From Monocercomonoides exilis PA203 (Eukaryota; Protista; Preaxostyla), in contig LSRY02000032.1 in the NCBI GenBank assembly GCA_001643675.2, forward strand, positions 372,001 through 436,000: a DNA stretch of 64,000 nt. The letters are read 5' to 3'. A model generated the notes under the pieces. It saw nothing but the letters and a program-made list of their open reading frames with translations. It was not told the origin of the DNA and made no database searches. The position numbers were made by a program, and so were the translations under genes. This document shows positions 44,757 to 57,699 of this stretch, in pieces (the stretch's first letter is position 1; the number at the start of each line of letters is the position of its first letter).

Positions 44757-46959
44757 CAATTATAAGTTAACGCCAAAAATAATTCTTATTAGAAAAAAAT
44801 AATTCGAATTCGGAATTAATCATTCAATTTCGCAACTTATCAATTCGATTTCGAAAAGAAAAAGTTTTTTTTTGATTTGTTAAAAGAATAGTATGTGTTT
44901 TGTGTTACAAATTCCCTTTATTTGTTCTCTCATCAGATCGCTTTGTTTGCCAATATTTGAATAACAATGAATTTTCTAAAAGAAATTTTTTTTTGAATAA
45001 TTTTTTCACTTATCGGATATTGAAAAAGAAAAGAAATACATATTTGGGGCAAAATATTTTGCTTCAAGCATTTTCATTGATAAATTATGCACTTTTTTTT
45101 TGAATTTTTGATATCAAAAAATATATAAAAATGGTTCTTTATTTTGACATTTGTGAAATGTTGGAAACCTTTCTGTTTTAATTAGACCTGTGCGACAAGT
45201 GGCAAATTTTGTCATTAACTGACAAAGGTGACCGACAAGACAATTTTCACTGATCACAACCATTATTTTTTTATTTATTTCATTTTTGGGAGTATTTTTT
45301 CGAATAGAAAAATAAAATATGCTAATAAAATTTTTTCAAATAATTGACAGAATGTTTCATGTTTCAACAAAATTTCCTTATTTTGTTGGAACATGGCAGG
45401 AAATATTTGTTTCAACAAAATGAAAGAAAGAAAGAAAACAGAAAGAGAAGAAAAGAAATCAATAGTGTTTTAATCTTTGTCAAACATGATAAAAAAATAT
45501 ATGATAAAGAAATATTGAATATTTTTTGCAATATTTTTGAAAAATCAATTAATCAAATTTTCCATAATATATTTTTAACTGACAAGATCTGTGAAACATG
45601 GATTTTTATATGCCACTGGTAGTCACTTCTGTCACTGACATTACATTTTGTCAATGAAATAAACACGTACTAAATAGAAACAGAATAACAAAATAACTTG
45701 TCGAGCATATGAAATGTTTGAGATTTCATTTTTCCATCTGGTTCAACCATAACTTTTCGTTTGACATTAGATAATCCTTATTTTATAAAGAAAGAACCAT
45801 ATACAAAAAACAAAAAAGGTCTGAAGAATGCTCATTGATAGACTCTTTCAATTAATGATCGTTTGAAGATGAGTTTATTTGTTATTTTTAAGATTTCTTT
45901 ACACTTTGTTTGATTTGCTCGTTTTTTAAGTTCCTTCATGTGATGTGAATTTCGTCCTTTGAAAGTGCATAACTTATTTGTTATGAAAACATATCCTTTC
46001 AGTTTTTGAAAGCTTGTTTGGATTATTTACAAAATATAAGACTAAAATATATTATTCTAAATATAGAAGAAGCAAGTGACATAAAGGCCTTTTTGAAGAG
46101 CATTGAAAATGGAAATGAAAAGCAAAGTGTGTGCAACATCAAAGGCAGAGAAATTGAACCAATTTACTCAAATGCAATAAATCGGCCTTATTTATTATGT
46201 AAGCTGAACAGAAATTACAGAATTTTTATCATTTGAATGAGGAAGATCCAATGAAATCGATAAAATAAGAATCTTTCTACGTTCTCCAGGAACATGCTGT
46301 TAAAAAATTTTTATGATCACTTGAAAATAAAAGTGCAAACCAAACGTTCATTCAACAGTTCAAATATTATCGCTTCTGTTGCTGATTCACGACCTCTTAG
46401 GCTTTTTCTCCCTGCTCTTCTTTATCTTTGATGATCCTTTTTTTCCCTTGAGATTATCCATCCAAATGGTTTTTTTTTTTTCTTTTTCTTTCTTTTTCTT
46501 TCTTTTTCTTTCTTTTTCTTTCTTTTCTTTTCTTTTCTTTTCTTTCTTTCTTTTTTTGAAAATACAACGCTTTTCAGAAAATTGATGAAAAATGTCTGAA
46601 TAAAGCAAAACAACTGAAACTTGCAGATGCATTGGAGCAGCGTGGAATGAATTGATCCAAAGAGAAATAAGTGGCAGCTCATACTACGAAAGAAAAAAGA
46701 AGGATTTGAAATGTGAAATTTTTAAAGAAATATAAAGTTGTGAGTTTCTTGAGGAAATGTTCACAAGAAGAATAGTGGAATATGGTATGATCATTCAAAA
46801 GTGTTTTTCATTTTAAATGTTTTTAAGTTTAACTTCATTTTTTGAAATATGAAAAAACAGGATATCAAGAATGGCAGAATTGTGTTGTTTTCATTTTGTG
46901 AAATGACGAAGGAAAAAAGATAATATTTCAGTTTCATTATTCCATACATTTCATAATTT

Positions 46960-48180
46960 TTATATTCACAAAATATTTAGAAATATCTTTTGTGAATTAT
47001 CTTTATATTATTCTTCAAGAAAATAGAATATTTGATTTAGCTTATGAAAAATAAGAAAGAAACCTTTTTCTTCAATCTTTTCAAGTATCTTCCAATTGAA
47101 ATTAGATTTTGCGCTATCATATTTTTCGTTTCTCCACATGTTCTGTTCAGAAGTGGAATGAAAAACGTGAACACATTCGTTGCACATCGTGCTTTCCTCA
47201 ACCTTCGCTGCTTCATTCATCCCATCTGCACGAGCAAATAATCCAGCATCTTTTTCTTCATTCTTTTCATTTCGGACTCCCTCAGAATATAAAGCAACAG
47301 AACACTTTTATCTTTTCTTCATGATGAATTTAAAAATTTTTCCCAATTTTTTTATCATTTTTCTTCATGTCTATTCATATCATAAGCTCTTTCAATTCTT
47401 GTGTTGCATCTCTCACAAAATTCAGTTCATTCACAATAACTTCTTCAAAACTTTTATCTTTTTCAAATCTTTATATCATAAACTTCCATGCTGATTGAAA
47501 ATCTGGACGTGTCAGGTTGTGTTTTTGATGATTTTGAATTAAGTCTTTGCACTCCATAAAATACAATTCCATTGATATTTTCACAAAATATAAAAATAAT
47601 AATAAAAATCTGTAAATTAAACGATATGGGCAAAGTTTTTCACACCTCATATCTCCAAATACCAGTCAAAGCTAATAATGCCATCTCCACTTTTTCCTTT
47701 GCTTCTTTGTTTCCCTCTTTTTCTTAGGCAACTTTCAGAAGATAGAACACATATTTAGTAAAAATTCCCATGATGCGAAATAGTTGACAAAAAGATAGCA
47801 TTCGCAAACATCAACTGGAAGCTTTCCTTCTTTTTCCTCTTTTTCTTTATCTTCATCAATCATCATCCTATCAAATTTTTTGTTCAATAGAGATTATTTC
47901 AAATGATAACGCCATATTTTTTTCAACACTATCCAATATCTGGTGCGTCTCAACAGCAACATCGCTATTTCCAATCGCATTTTCTTTTTTTCAGACATTT
48001 CATCTATTTTGTTGAATAACTCCTCTGAAAAAACAGAAAAAATCACTTTCATCTATTTTTTCTATAATTATGTTCATTTCAGCTAATTTCTATTTCCTTT
48101 CGCTTTTTTGACGGAGTTCAAGTTCAAAAAACAATTCTGAATAAAAAACAAAGAAAAAATCCAATAATAAAAAACATGAG
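46960..48180 (-). pseudogene. Decayed member of a Monocercomonoides-type expanded uncharacterised (helical/ARM-like) gene family, inside the hAT-like element
   Basis: Fragments FSEELFNKIDEM, VDVCECYL and LLKVA*..EAKEKVEMALLALT, with many stops and frameshifts. The family assignment is from recollection of such proteins, not from a search. Confidence 0.6.
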
Positions 48181-48522
48181 TGTAATAATGGATGCAAACG
48201 CTGCTTTTTCATTTGGCGCACAACCTCTGCTTTTTAATTAGAAGACTTCAGAATGAAAACAACACTATTTCATCAAATTATTTGAATTTAACCATGTTTG
48301 GATTAAATGAATTGTTAAAATGAAATTCAATTTATTCATGGAAATATAAGTGGAAGCATTATTCATTTAAATAATATATTATAAACAATACATTTTTAAG
48401 AAATTATTGTTTCATTATCCATTTATGAAATAATGGATTGAACGATCAAATATTTGTCAGTGATTTTCAAATTGAAAAAAATCGATAGAAAAAATTAATA
48501 TGAATGTTTTATATTTTATATT

Positions 48523-48532
48523 AATTTTTTTT

Positions 48533-48587
<55 letters not shown>
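48523..48587 (+). repeat. Poly(T) tract just inside the right TIR of the hAT-like element
   Basis: Directly visible, nearly pure homopolymer. Confidence 0.9.
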
Positions 48588-48589
<2 letters not shown>

Positions 48590-49686
48590 TGACCGACAGC
48601 AACAAAAATTTGCATGTCGTGTCGCACAGGTCTAGTTTTAATTTCAACGATGCCTATTTACGGATATGAAAATCAAATTTATTTTGAAATCTGAGAAAGC
48701 GAAATGAAGCTATGAGTGAAGCAATTTTTTCACGCTTTGTGCAAAAAAAAGCTTGAAAGTCCGAATTTTCCCCCATTTGTATTTAAAATTGATGCTTATC
48801 TTTTAATTTCTAAAGAAACAAAAAAATTGTTGGGAAATAAATTCTTGTCTTTTGTAATTCAATAAATGTGATTGAAAATCCACCAAATTTTTTAGGTTAT
48901 TGAAAATTGTGAATTTTTTAATATTCTTATCATAAAAGTGATGATTTTCGAAAAAAAAAAATAACAAAAAATTGTTTTGTTTATTGTTTCAATAATAAAA
49001 AACAGATTTCTTTGAGTTATTTTGTTTGATTGGTTAAAAAAACAAGAAATTTCCTGAAATCCTTCCTTATGAAAAATCAAAAATTTTAGTCAAAAATGAA
49101 TTTCAAAATAGAAATATTATATTTCGAATATAAATAAATTTTTCTCATATTAGCATTATTTTTGGTGCACACATTTCGAATGAAAAGTTTTACAACATTG
49201 AAATAAAAATACCGTAATTTTGAATGATAAATGGCGTTACTATTTCAGGTCTAAGTGACAATTATTTAGTTGAATTATATCGAAGGAAGATTTGAACTTT
49301 TTACAAATTTTAATTGAACAACAAAAATAACAACAGGATTTAATAAAATATTCACAAAAATTTTAAATATGAAAACTTTCGCCACTTTTGTTGTTTTGCA
49401 ATTTGTTTATTGAAAAATCAAGATCGATTGTGAATGATTTTTTCGTAAAATAATACAAAAAGAGTTTTGCAAAACAGGAAATAACAAATCATTAACATGT
49501 GCTGAAAATGTTTTATTTGAATGTGTTTAATGATAGTTAAGAAAACATGACTTAACATTTGTCAAATAAAAACGACAAGTTAAAAACGCATACAATAAAA
49601 ATCATCAGAAAAAGAAACAAATGAGATAATTTTGTTGTGTTTCAAGAAATAGGAAAACTGTTTGAATATTATGAATTTAACATTTT

Positions 49687-51461
49687 TCAAATCAGTTTTC
49701 TTTCTAAACTTGCTCTTGAGTTAAATTCTTTGATCTTCTTTCTTTTTATTTCTTTTCTATAGGAGTATTCTGTAATATTTCTTAAGAATGATCCATCCGC
49801 TGGTTTCAAAGAATAACAGACAATAACGATGTTGGTTGGCCAATATGCTATTTTTGCATTCCCGTACATATTCTGTTTTCTATCTGTGTACTTATCCGAC
49901 AGTCTGAGCCAAAACTTTTTAAGTCGGCCATAAAACCATTTTACTGGGACTCTGAACTTTGCAAGACTTTTGTAAAAAAAATTTCGATCGATTTTTCCAT
50001 TATAACTTGAGACTGAATATTGTTTCAAAATGCAGAAGTCAAGGTTTCACTTGCATTTGAAGAAAGAAGAGGAGGGTGTGATGCGCAGGGATGTATTGAA
50101 TCGTTGTTTGAGCATGAAGTTATACAAGACGTGTTTGTGGAATTCTGTGAACATGAATTCGGAACAGGTGAAAAAGCCAAAGAAAAAGAAGAATTGAGAA
50201 TTGAAGAAGGGGATTGAGGATTTGAACTTGTCAACGAAGCGAGATGAACTGAAGATGAAGGAGAAAAAAGTGATGAAGAAGAAGGAGATTGATTTTGATT
50301 TGTGAAACTTGATTTCGAGAGAGGCAACAATGCAGACGATGAATTTGATTTGGAAGATGAAGAAAAAGATTGAGGCATTTCTGACACTGAACATGAGACA
50401 GCAGCAGACGATGTGGAAATTTCAGAATTCAAAGAGTTGAACGAAGAATCTGATGAAAATATAATCTCAGCAGGTTCAAATATTGTTGAAGATGAAATAT
50501 CATCAGAGATAGTTGAAGAAGCAGAAGGAGAGCAAGAGGAAGAAGAAGTTGTAAATGAAACTGACGAAGCCAAAGAAGGGGAGGAGAAAGAAGATGTGGA
50601 TGAGAAAAATGATCTCAACGATGAGTTGCAAGGAAAATAATTAGGTGATAAACATGAAATGAATGTTGAAGGTGTCAAAAAGAATTATTTTGACAAAAAG
50701 ATAATTTGCTGTTCAGAGAGTGTTTTCAAATTGGTATTATAACATCAATATCCGAGAAATGACCCTGATTGCCTTTATCTGCAACAATTACCCATTTGTT
50801 TGAGTGAAGAGTGTCGAAATGTTTTTTTATTTGTCAGTCATCTTCAAATAATGAACATCTCTTTCTTTTCCTTCACGAAACAAAGTCACATCATGAACAC
50901 CTCCCATTACTGCATTTGACGCAAATAAAGCTTTATGTGGATACCACGCGGAAACAATTATTTCTAATTTCAAACTATTAGCGTAATTGTGTGTTCCAAA
51001 TGACAACATCGAATCTCCAAATAAAATTGGAGGAGCTGAAACTTTGATGGTGCCTCGTTAATTAAAAGGGCAACATATAAATGAACTTCATTCAAAGGCT
51101 ATTGAGGCCTTTGAGGATTTAAAAACATCTTTTTGAGAGCATTTATTAAAAAGGTCATATATTCTTGAGTTAAATTGTCAGCCATTGGCTCTGAAATGCC
51201 AACAGAAAAGATAATCCTTTTTAACGTTGTTTTGCTTTAAAGTCATTCCATATAAACCACAATTTTGTCGTGAATTGTCAATCTTTTCTTTGGACACTGC
51301 TTAGGAATTGCGCTTATTTCCAATTGAACCATGTTTCCAAATTTAATTTGAAAGTCAATTGGAAGCCGAAGATGTTCATCATCTGGGTTATGCAATAGAG
51401 AGTCAAAAAGAACTCCGTAGGTTTCATTATCATCTTCGTTTTTAACGGAATGACTTTCCAT
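49687..51461 (-). pseudogene. Second decayed PIF/Harbinger (DDE_Tnp_4-type) transposase with a Ser-rich insert
   Basis: SLKLEIIVS...GGVHDVTLFR, IVADKG and LAKFRVPVKWFYGRLKKFW motifs. Stops and frameshifts. A ~200-aa Ser-rich segment at 50025-50678. Confidence 0.75.
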
Positions 51462-51708
51462 ATGTCAAAATTTTTTAGAAAAGTTCCTTTTTTTTATTTT
51501 CAATTAGAAAAATAATTTCATATTTTCATCAATTTTATTCTCCCACTCACCAAATTTCGCTTTCAAGAAAACAAAATTTTTGACATTGGCATAATATCTA
51601 TTTATGTGAAGTTTCACAAGAGAGAACAGAAATTAGATCGAAATATGAAATTTTTTCTTTATTTGAAAATAAAACAAAAGGAACTTTTCAAAAAAATTTA
51701 GACATATG
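51459..51708. repeat. Imperfect inverted repeat with arms of about 67 bp, each bounded by CATATG
   Basis: catatgtcaaaattttttagaaaagttcc...atttcatattt (51459-51525) vs aaatatgaaat...ggaacttttcaaaaaaatttagacatatg (51641-51708). Confidence 0.8.
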
Positions 51709-52665
51709 ATTAATTTTCTACAAGTTGAAAATCTCTTCTCTCTTTCAATGAGTTGAAATTAGGGAATTTATTTCTTTTTGAAGCAACAATTCTTTTTTCT
51801 TCTTAGGTTTTGTTTCTTTGTGAAAAACATTCAACTGTTCAAACTTGCTCCTCTTCTCAGACTATGCTATCTTCGATAATTCAGTTGGAAATTAATCAGA
51901 ATTGTCAGAAAAGGAATTTTTATTTCGCTCTTCTGATTCTCTTCTGTTGAAGTGAACAGAACTGATTTTTTGTTTTGAAGGAGTGCAGTCCAAAAGTGAG
52001 TTTGAATCATATTTTTTTTAATCTTTTGAAAAGTTTCGTATTGCATTTGCTTCTATGTCATATGTTGAACACTCTTTATGACATACAGCAATATTTTGGG
52101 GAATATTTTATCCACAATTAAAATTTTCAAAAATCTTCGAATTGAATGACTTGCAACAGACCTCAAATCTCTTATCTCGTTGCTTTGCTCAAGCAATCCA
52201 AAGAATATTGTTCCATGCAAAGATGATTGAAGAGCTATCACGCTGTTTATGCTTGGTTAAATGAAATTCATGGAAATGAATTATACAGCTTGTTTTTAAA
52301 TTCATAACTTTCGAAGCAACAAAATAATAGCATAAATAATGAATCTTGAAAAAACTGTTTGAAGAAAAAGTTGTCATAATTTTCTGATCTATCTTTCATT
52401 TCTATCTTTCTTTTTATAATATACATATTTCAATTGTGAATAATATTCGAAAATATTTTGTAACTTTCATTGTTTGTTAGACAATGAATGCAATCGTTGA
52501 AAACTATAATTTATGAATTGAAATTGAACCAGAGAATGTGTGATAATTTTTTAACACTAATTGCTTCAATCAAAAATTTCGATAATTTCCCTTTTTAATC
52601 AAAATTACACACCGAAAAATGATAAGGCTTATGAAAAGCATCAACTTCTTTATTTGTGTCAAAAC

Positions 52666-52945
52666 ATTTGGGGCAAAATATTTTGCTTCAAGCATTTTCA
52701 TTGATAAATTATGCACTTTTTTTTTGAATTTTTGATATCAAAAAATATTATAAAAATGGTTCTTTATTTTGACATTTGTGAAATGTTGGAAACCTTTCTG
52801 TTTTAATTTCAACGATGCCTATTTACGGATATGAAAATCAAATTTATTTTGAAATCTGAGAAAGCGAAATGAAGCTATGAGTGAAGCAATTTTTTCACGC
52901 TTTGTGCAAAAAAAAGCTTGAATGTCCGAATTTTCCCCCATTTGT
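52666..52945 (+). repeat. About 280-bp direct repeat, the pre-insertion (empty-site) copy of 45042-45182 + 48643-48780
   Basis: Near-identical sequence atttggggcaaaatattttgcttc...ctttctGTTTTAATttcaacgatgcc...ttttcccccatttgt with a single GTTTTAAT. Confidence 0.93.
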
Positions 52946-54138
52946 TTTTGAAATGGTTTTGATGAGACTTATTATCAAAATACAAAATCTCTATTCTATG
53001 ATAAACAACCTTTGAAAAATCAACACTTAGAAAAAATGATGAACAAAAAAATAAGTACCCATATTAATTTTATAATCACTTAATTTTTGATTATTTTTCT
53101 TTCTTTTCGGATGTTCTTCACTAACACTCATCATTTGCTTATAAGAACGATTTATATAATTTTCAAGTATCATTATAACTTTTTTTAACATATTTTTGAA
53201 ATATAAAAAATGAGAGATTTTTAATCAAAAAATCGATTTTTCATTGAAAAAAGCGCTCATAATAATATTAAATGTTATGAAATATATTTTCCCCTGTGAT
53301 TTTATGAGTTGGAAAATGATTGAAAATTTGGCCAAAAATGTCTGTGCATGGAAAAATGTGATTTTAAACGAATGTGATTGTATTCGATGCAATTGTATCC
53401 GGTTTAGACTGGATGTGCTAAAAAATTCAAAAAACGGTATGATCCGATAATTGGGAATGAAAAAAATTCAAAAATCACAAAATATTGTTCCATTTTTTAT
53501 GCACTAATAGTGATGTACAAAACCCGCACACTCTGGTTAAAACGAAAGTTTAAGAAATTCAAATTACGAATTTGCATCTCATTTGGTTTTTGATTCATTT
53601 ATTGAAAAGAACAAAAACATAAAAAATTTTCGCTGTTTGAAAAGAATCAACTTTTATTTTTTGTCAAAAGTTCTCATTCAATTTTTGTTTCACTTTCATT
53701 GTTGATTTTTTGACTGGCAAAAATCATAATTTTGTTTATCACGGTCTTCTCTTTATTATTCGATTCGAAAAATATGGAGTGAAAAATTGTTTGTGAATAA
53801 GTGATTAAAATCATAATCTTGCAAATAGAAATCTCAAAACTTCATAAATGCTAATTTCATTATTCTTATCAAAAGTGACACATCTGAACACTTGAATCGA
53901 TCGTTTATTTCCTTGAAACTGAAAAACAAATGATATCAAAAAAGATAAGCAATGAATTAAGAAATTGACATATTCACGGAAAAAAAAAAACAATGATAGT
54001 GATTCAAAAGATAAATATTTCTTTTTGAAAAACATCAAATTACAAAAAACAAACAGTTTCCATTTTCTCAATGGCACTTTAAGCTGATAATGCTGTTCGT
54101 TGATATGAATCTATGTTTTCGACAAAATTTTGATTATA

Positions 54139-56203
54139 GGGTCAGTTATTTATCGGGACCCTTTTTTTTTATTGGGACCTTTTTTTTTGATATGAAAAAA
54201 AATTAAATAAAAATTAAAAAAACACAAATAACGAATCCAATTTTCGTACAACTTTTCTTTTTCCTTTTTTTCTTTCAATTACATTGATTTCTTCCTTTTC
54301 ATTTTCATGATCATCTTCTTTCACTTCAAATTTTCTCTTTATTTTTTCATTTCAACCAAAGACTCTAACTCATTATCGTCTTTTTGCTCTTCTTTTTTCA
54401 TTTCTTCAGAAGAATTCTTTTCATCATCAACTTTTTCTTCTTTTTCAACTTTTTCTTCTTCTATAATTCCCAAATGTTCACTCCAATCATTCAGCAGCTT
54501 CTCATCAGTAATTAACTTTCCAAAGAAGTCGAATCTGTTTGAATGAGTTGAAGGTTGATATTCCGATGTTTCTGGCAGCTTCGTGAGAATCGGCCCAGAT
54601 TCGTTATGAAGAACTCCACTCGTTGCGAAGGCTTTTTTAATGACAGCAGGTGAGAGGGCGGTTTGAATTGCTTGAGGGAGAACATCCACAAGAGCTGTTC
54701 TTTTTGATGAAGATGTCGATGAAGATGGAGGTTCATATTTTGTCTGCAGCTCTGTTTTAAGAACAGCGAAGACTCCTCTGTCAAGAGGCTGTGCGATATG
54801 TGTGCTGTGAGGAATGAAGGTGACGACGTCGATATTTTCTTTTTGAAATTCTCTCCAGATTGTTGGATCTGCTCGAGAAATGTGTGAGTCGATGAGAAGC
54901 GAGAAGCGAAAGTTTTCCAGTGACATACGCTTTCTGCGATCGATAATTCCTTGAAGGAGCGTTGTTAGTGCGTACTTTTTGAACTGATTGCAGCCCATCC
55001 AACCACTTCCGTTCGGCCAGATATCCAGAGTCTGTGATAGCAGCGGCTTCATTTCATCAGGAAGACTCTTGCTAGGCCATAGAATCACAGAGGGAAGTGC
55101 AAATCCATCAGCAGCCACAGCAGCGACCTGAGTGGAATTCGTCATTTTTGGTGGTTCTTTGCGAAATCCTGGATTTTCATTTTTAGGATGAACCACGCTC
55201 AGCTTTGAATTGGTAGGAACTCTTAGCGATGACTCATCCATGTTGAATATTTGTTCTTTGTGGCGTTCATTTTTTTCGTGAAAACCGTTAAGTAATGAAT
55301 ACAAGGGCTGCAGAACACTTTGGCACAACAATGCAAGGCGATTGACATCAACATTTTTCTGCGAACTTCTCTTCAGCTCGGGAAGGTGCTTCTCAAATTG
55401 GTAAGCGGTTCCATTGAAACGTTAATGAATGGGGCGTCTTCGTTGTCTGTATCATTTGTCGCATTTTCCATCTAATATATTTATAAGGTTAATTAATTAT
55501 TAAACAACAACAAAGCAGTTCGCGAACTTTCCGTATAGGAAAACAGCTTCCAGATCTTGATTCAATGATAATTTCATCCAGCACAATTTGTACTATGTCT
55601 CCAATAACAAATTGCGGTCTTCCAGCTTTTGAAACCAGCCTTTTGCTTCTCAGCGCCCGAACAGCGTTTTTGATCCTTTTTCGTGAGAATTCCATGGAGT
55701 TTATAGCGTCTGTAATCCTGACAACTCCATCAACCACAATGCGTGCCATCCGTTCCAGCCGATTGTCAATCCTTCTGTAATCGAAAGATTTCATTGCAGC
55801 ACGTAATTTCCTTAGTCCAGCAATTCTCTTTTGTTCCACAGCAATTTTCATTTTTTTATAATGGTTATGATCTAAAGTCCAATTTATTAATCTATTAATT
55901 TTAATTTTCAATTTTCATTGAAATTAAATTTTTATTTACATTCAATACGAATTTAAATGGTTTTATTCCCCTTGTTACCCACCTATTTATTTATTTTTTT
56001 CGATGGAAGGGATCAACCCCCCCCCCCCCCCCCATCTCCCCTCCATTGGAAATAGGCTTCGCATTCAAATGAAATTATCCTAATTTTCAGGGCTTGCTTA
56101 TATACTGAAAATGTTTATAAATATAGAAAAAGTGGGAATTTTGATTTTCTATGAAAAAATTTAGGCACCGTTAAAAAAAAAGGTCCCGATAAATAACTGA
56201 CTC
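54139..56203 (-). mobile_element. pogo-superfamily (IS630-Tc1-mariner, DD35D) DNA transposon, about 2.07 kb, near complete
   Basis: TIRs G(G/A)GTCAGTTATTTATCGGGACC flanked by TA(TA). An internal DDE_1 transposase is encoded on the minus strand. Confidence 0.9.
54339..55852 (-). pseudogene. pogo/CENP-B-like DDE_1 transposase: HTH-like exon, intron and catalytic exon, probably disabled
   Basis: IFNMDES, AADGFALP, NGSGWM, LLIDSHISR and PHSTHIAQPLDRGVF; 35 residues lie between the second and third Asp. Frameshift near 55415 and no clean GT donor at about 55515. Confidence 0.85.
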
Positions 56204-57699
56204 TATAAAGCCAAAATTCAAATAAGAATTAATTTTGCTTTTCACAATTAATCTTTATTATAAAAACAATTATTCAACAATTTGTGTTATAAATATTATC
56301 TAAAAGAAACGTTTGCTTATTTATCCATTATCTTATTAATTTTTTATTGCATTATCTGTTCATTTATCCCATATTTGCTATTGTGAGACGCTTTTGATCA
56401 AAGTGTTTTATTCTAAATCCACCCATGAGAAAATTTCAACTATCAAGATGAAATGTCTAACCAAAAAAGGAAAATCATTCAAAAACAAAAAGAATAAGCT
56501 CTTTCTTTTTTGAAAATTCATTTTTATCAAAACAAAAACAGAAAACATAGACGTTATAAATCAAAACGAAGGATAAATCTAATTTTTTAATATTCAAATT
56601 TTTTGTGACAAAAGCGCTAACTCATTTTTCCAACAAGAGATATGAATGATTGAATTCTGTGTGACGAAAATATAAAAACAAATTGGACACAATTGTTTTT
56701 CAAGTATTGGCTCTTAACAAGCTGCAAAACATAGTTCAATTAGAATCTTCATTGATTTGATTTATCATTTTCAGATAAATAAATATTTCACAGTTCACAT
56801 ATCATCAGTTCGCTTTCGTGGGGGTTTTGGTACAAATTATTAACTAATACAATAAAGTGTTTGCTTCTATCTTCGAAGCGATAAATTATTATTGCAAAAC
56901 ATTTGTGATTGGAAAAGGAGAGTTTCTTCAAGTCTCAAGCAGGTTTAACGAAACAAATATTGTATTATTCTCCAATTTATTCAAATGCAGAATCAACAAG
57001 GATTGTTCGAAATATGAAAAGTGGCGCAATAGAACATTAAAGTTGTCTATCTGAGTTTTGAATGGATCTTTCAGAATTGCATTATTTCAACCATTCACTT
57101 ATTTGTAGTCATCTTTTAAACTTTTTTATGGAAATGTCATATTCAATAAAATCCTTTTATGATTTCTTTTTTGGTTTTCCATCAGCAAACAATAAATTGA
57201 ATCATTTGACAACTGATATTAGGAGTGCAAATTAATAAGTATGTGAAAAACTTCTTTATTATTTTTAACTAATAATTGAAATGATTTTTAGTTGTTCTTG
57301 TTATAACTATTTTAATAAGGTTGAGTTATTTTCAAATTTATCATAGAAATAATTTGAGAAAAAATAATAATGTGAAGAATTCATATTATTAAAAAAGCTG
57401 AATTACTATTCTTTTTTCTTATAACGTTTATGAATAATTCTTTCGTTTTTTCATTTGATATCTTTTTCGACTTCTTAATCGTCTGAATCAAAAAATACTA
57501 TTCAATGATCAGAATACTTGTTTGTCATTGTTTTTATTGATCTTGTGGAGTTCATTTTTGGTATGATTCTATTGATAGTTGTTTCACCAATTTCTTCGTT
57601 AATTTCTTCATCATTATCCAACTTTTCGTAATCTTTCTCGCTTTCATCTCGAAATCTCCTTTTTTTTATTTTTTATTTTCTAATGCAAGATTTTGATTA

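Larger units (their letters stand above)
45183..48634. mobile_element. Non-autonomous hAT-like TIR element (3452 bp) carrying host-gene fragments
   Basis: TIRs TAGACCTGTGCGACA / TGTCGCACAGGTCTA. 8-bp TSD GTTTTAAT at 45175-45182 and 48635-48642. An uninterrupted empty-site copy lies at 52666-52945. Subterminal TGAC/GTCA-rich motifs. Confidence 0.9.

Noticed and set aside
48523-48587. Poly(A) tail of a retrocopy of the 46960-48180 pseudogene
   Set aside because: On the minus strand the A run lies 5' of that gene, not 3'.
41200-53600. Defined TIRs/TSDs for the two Harbinger remnants
   Set aside because: Only short partial matches were seen (e.g. around 41355 and 49170). No convincing terminal pair with a 3-bp TSD could be fixed by eye.
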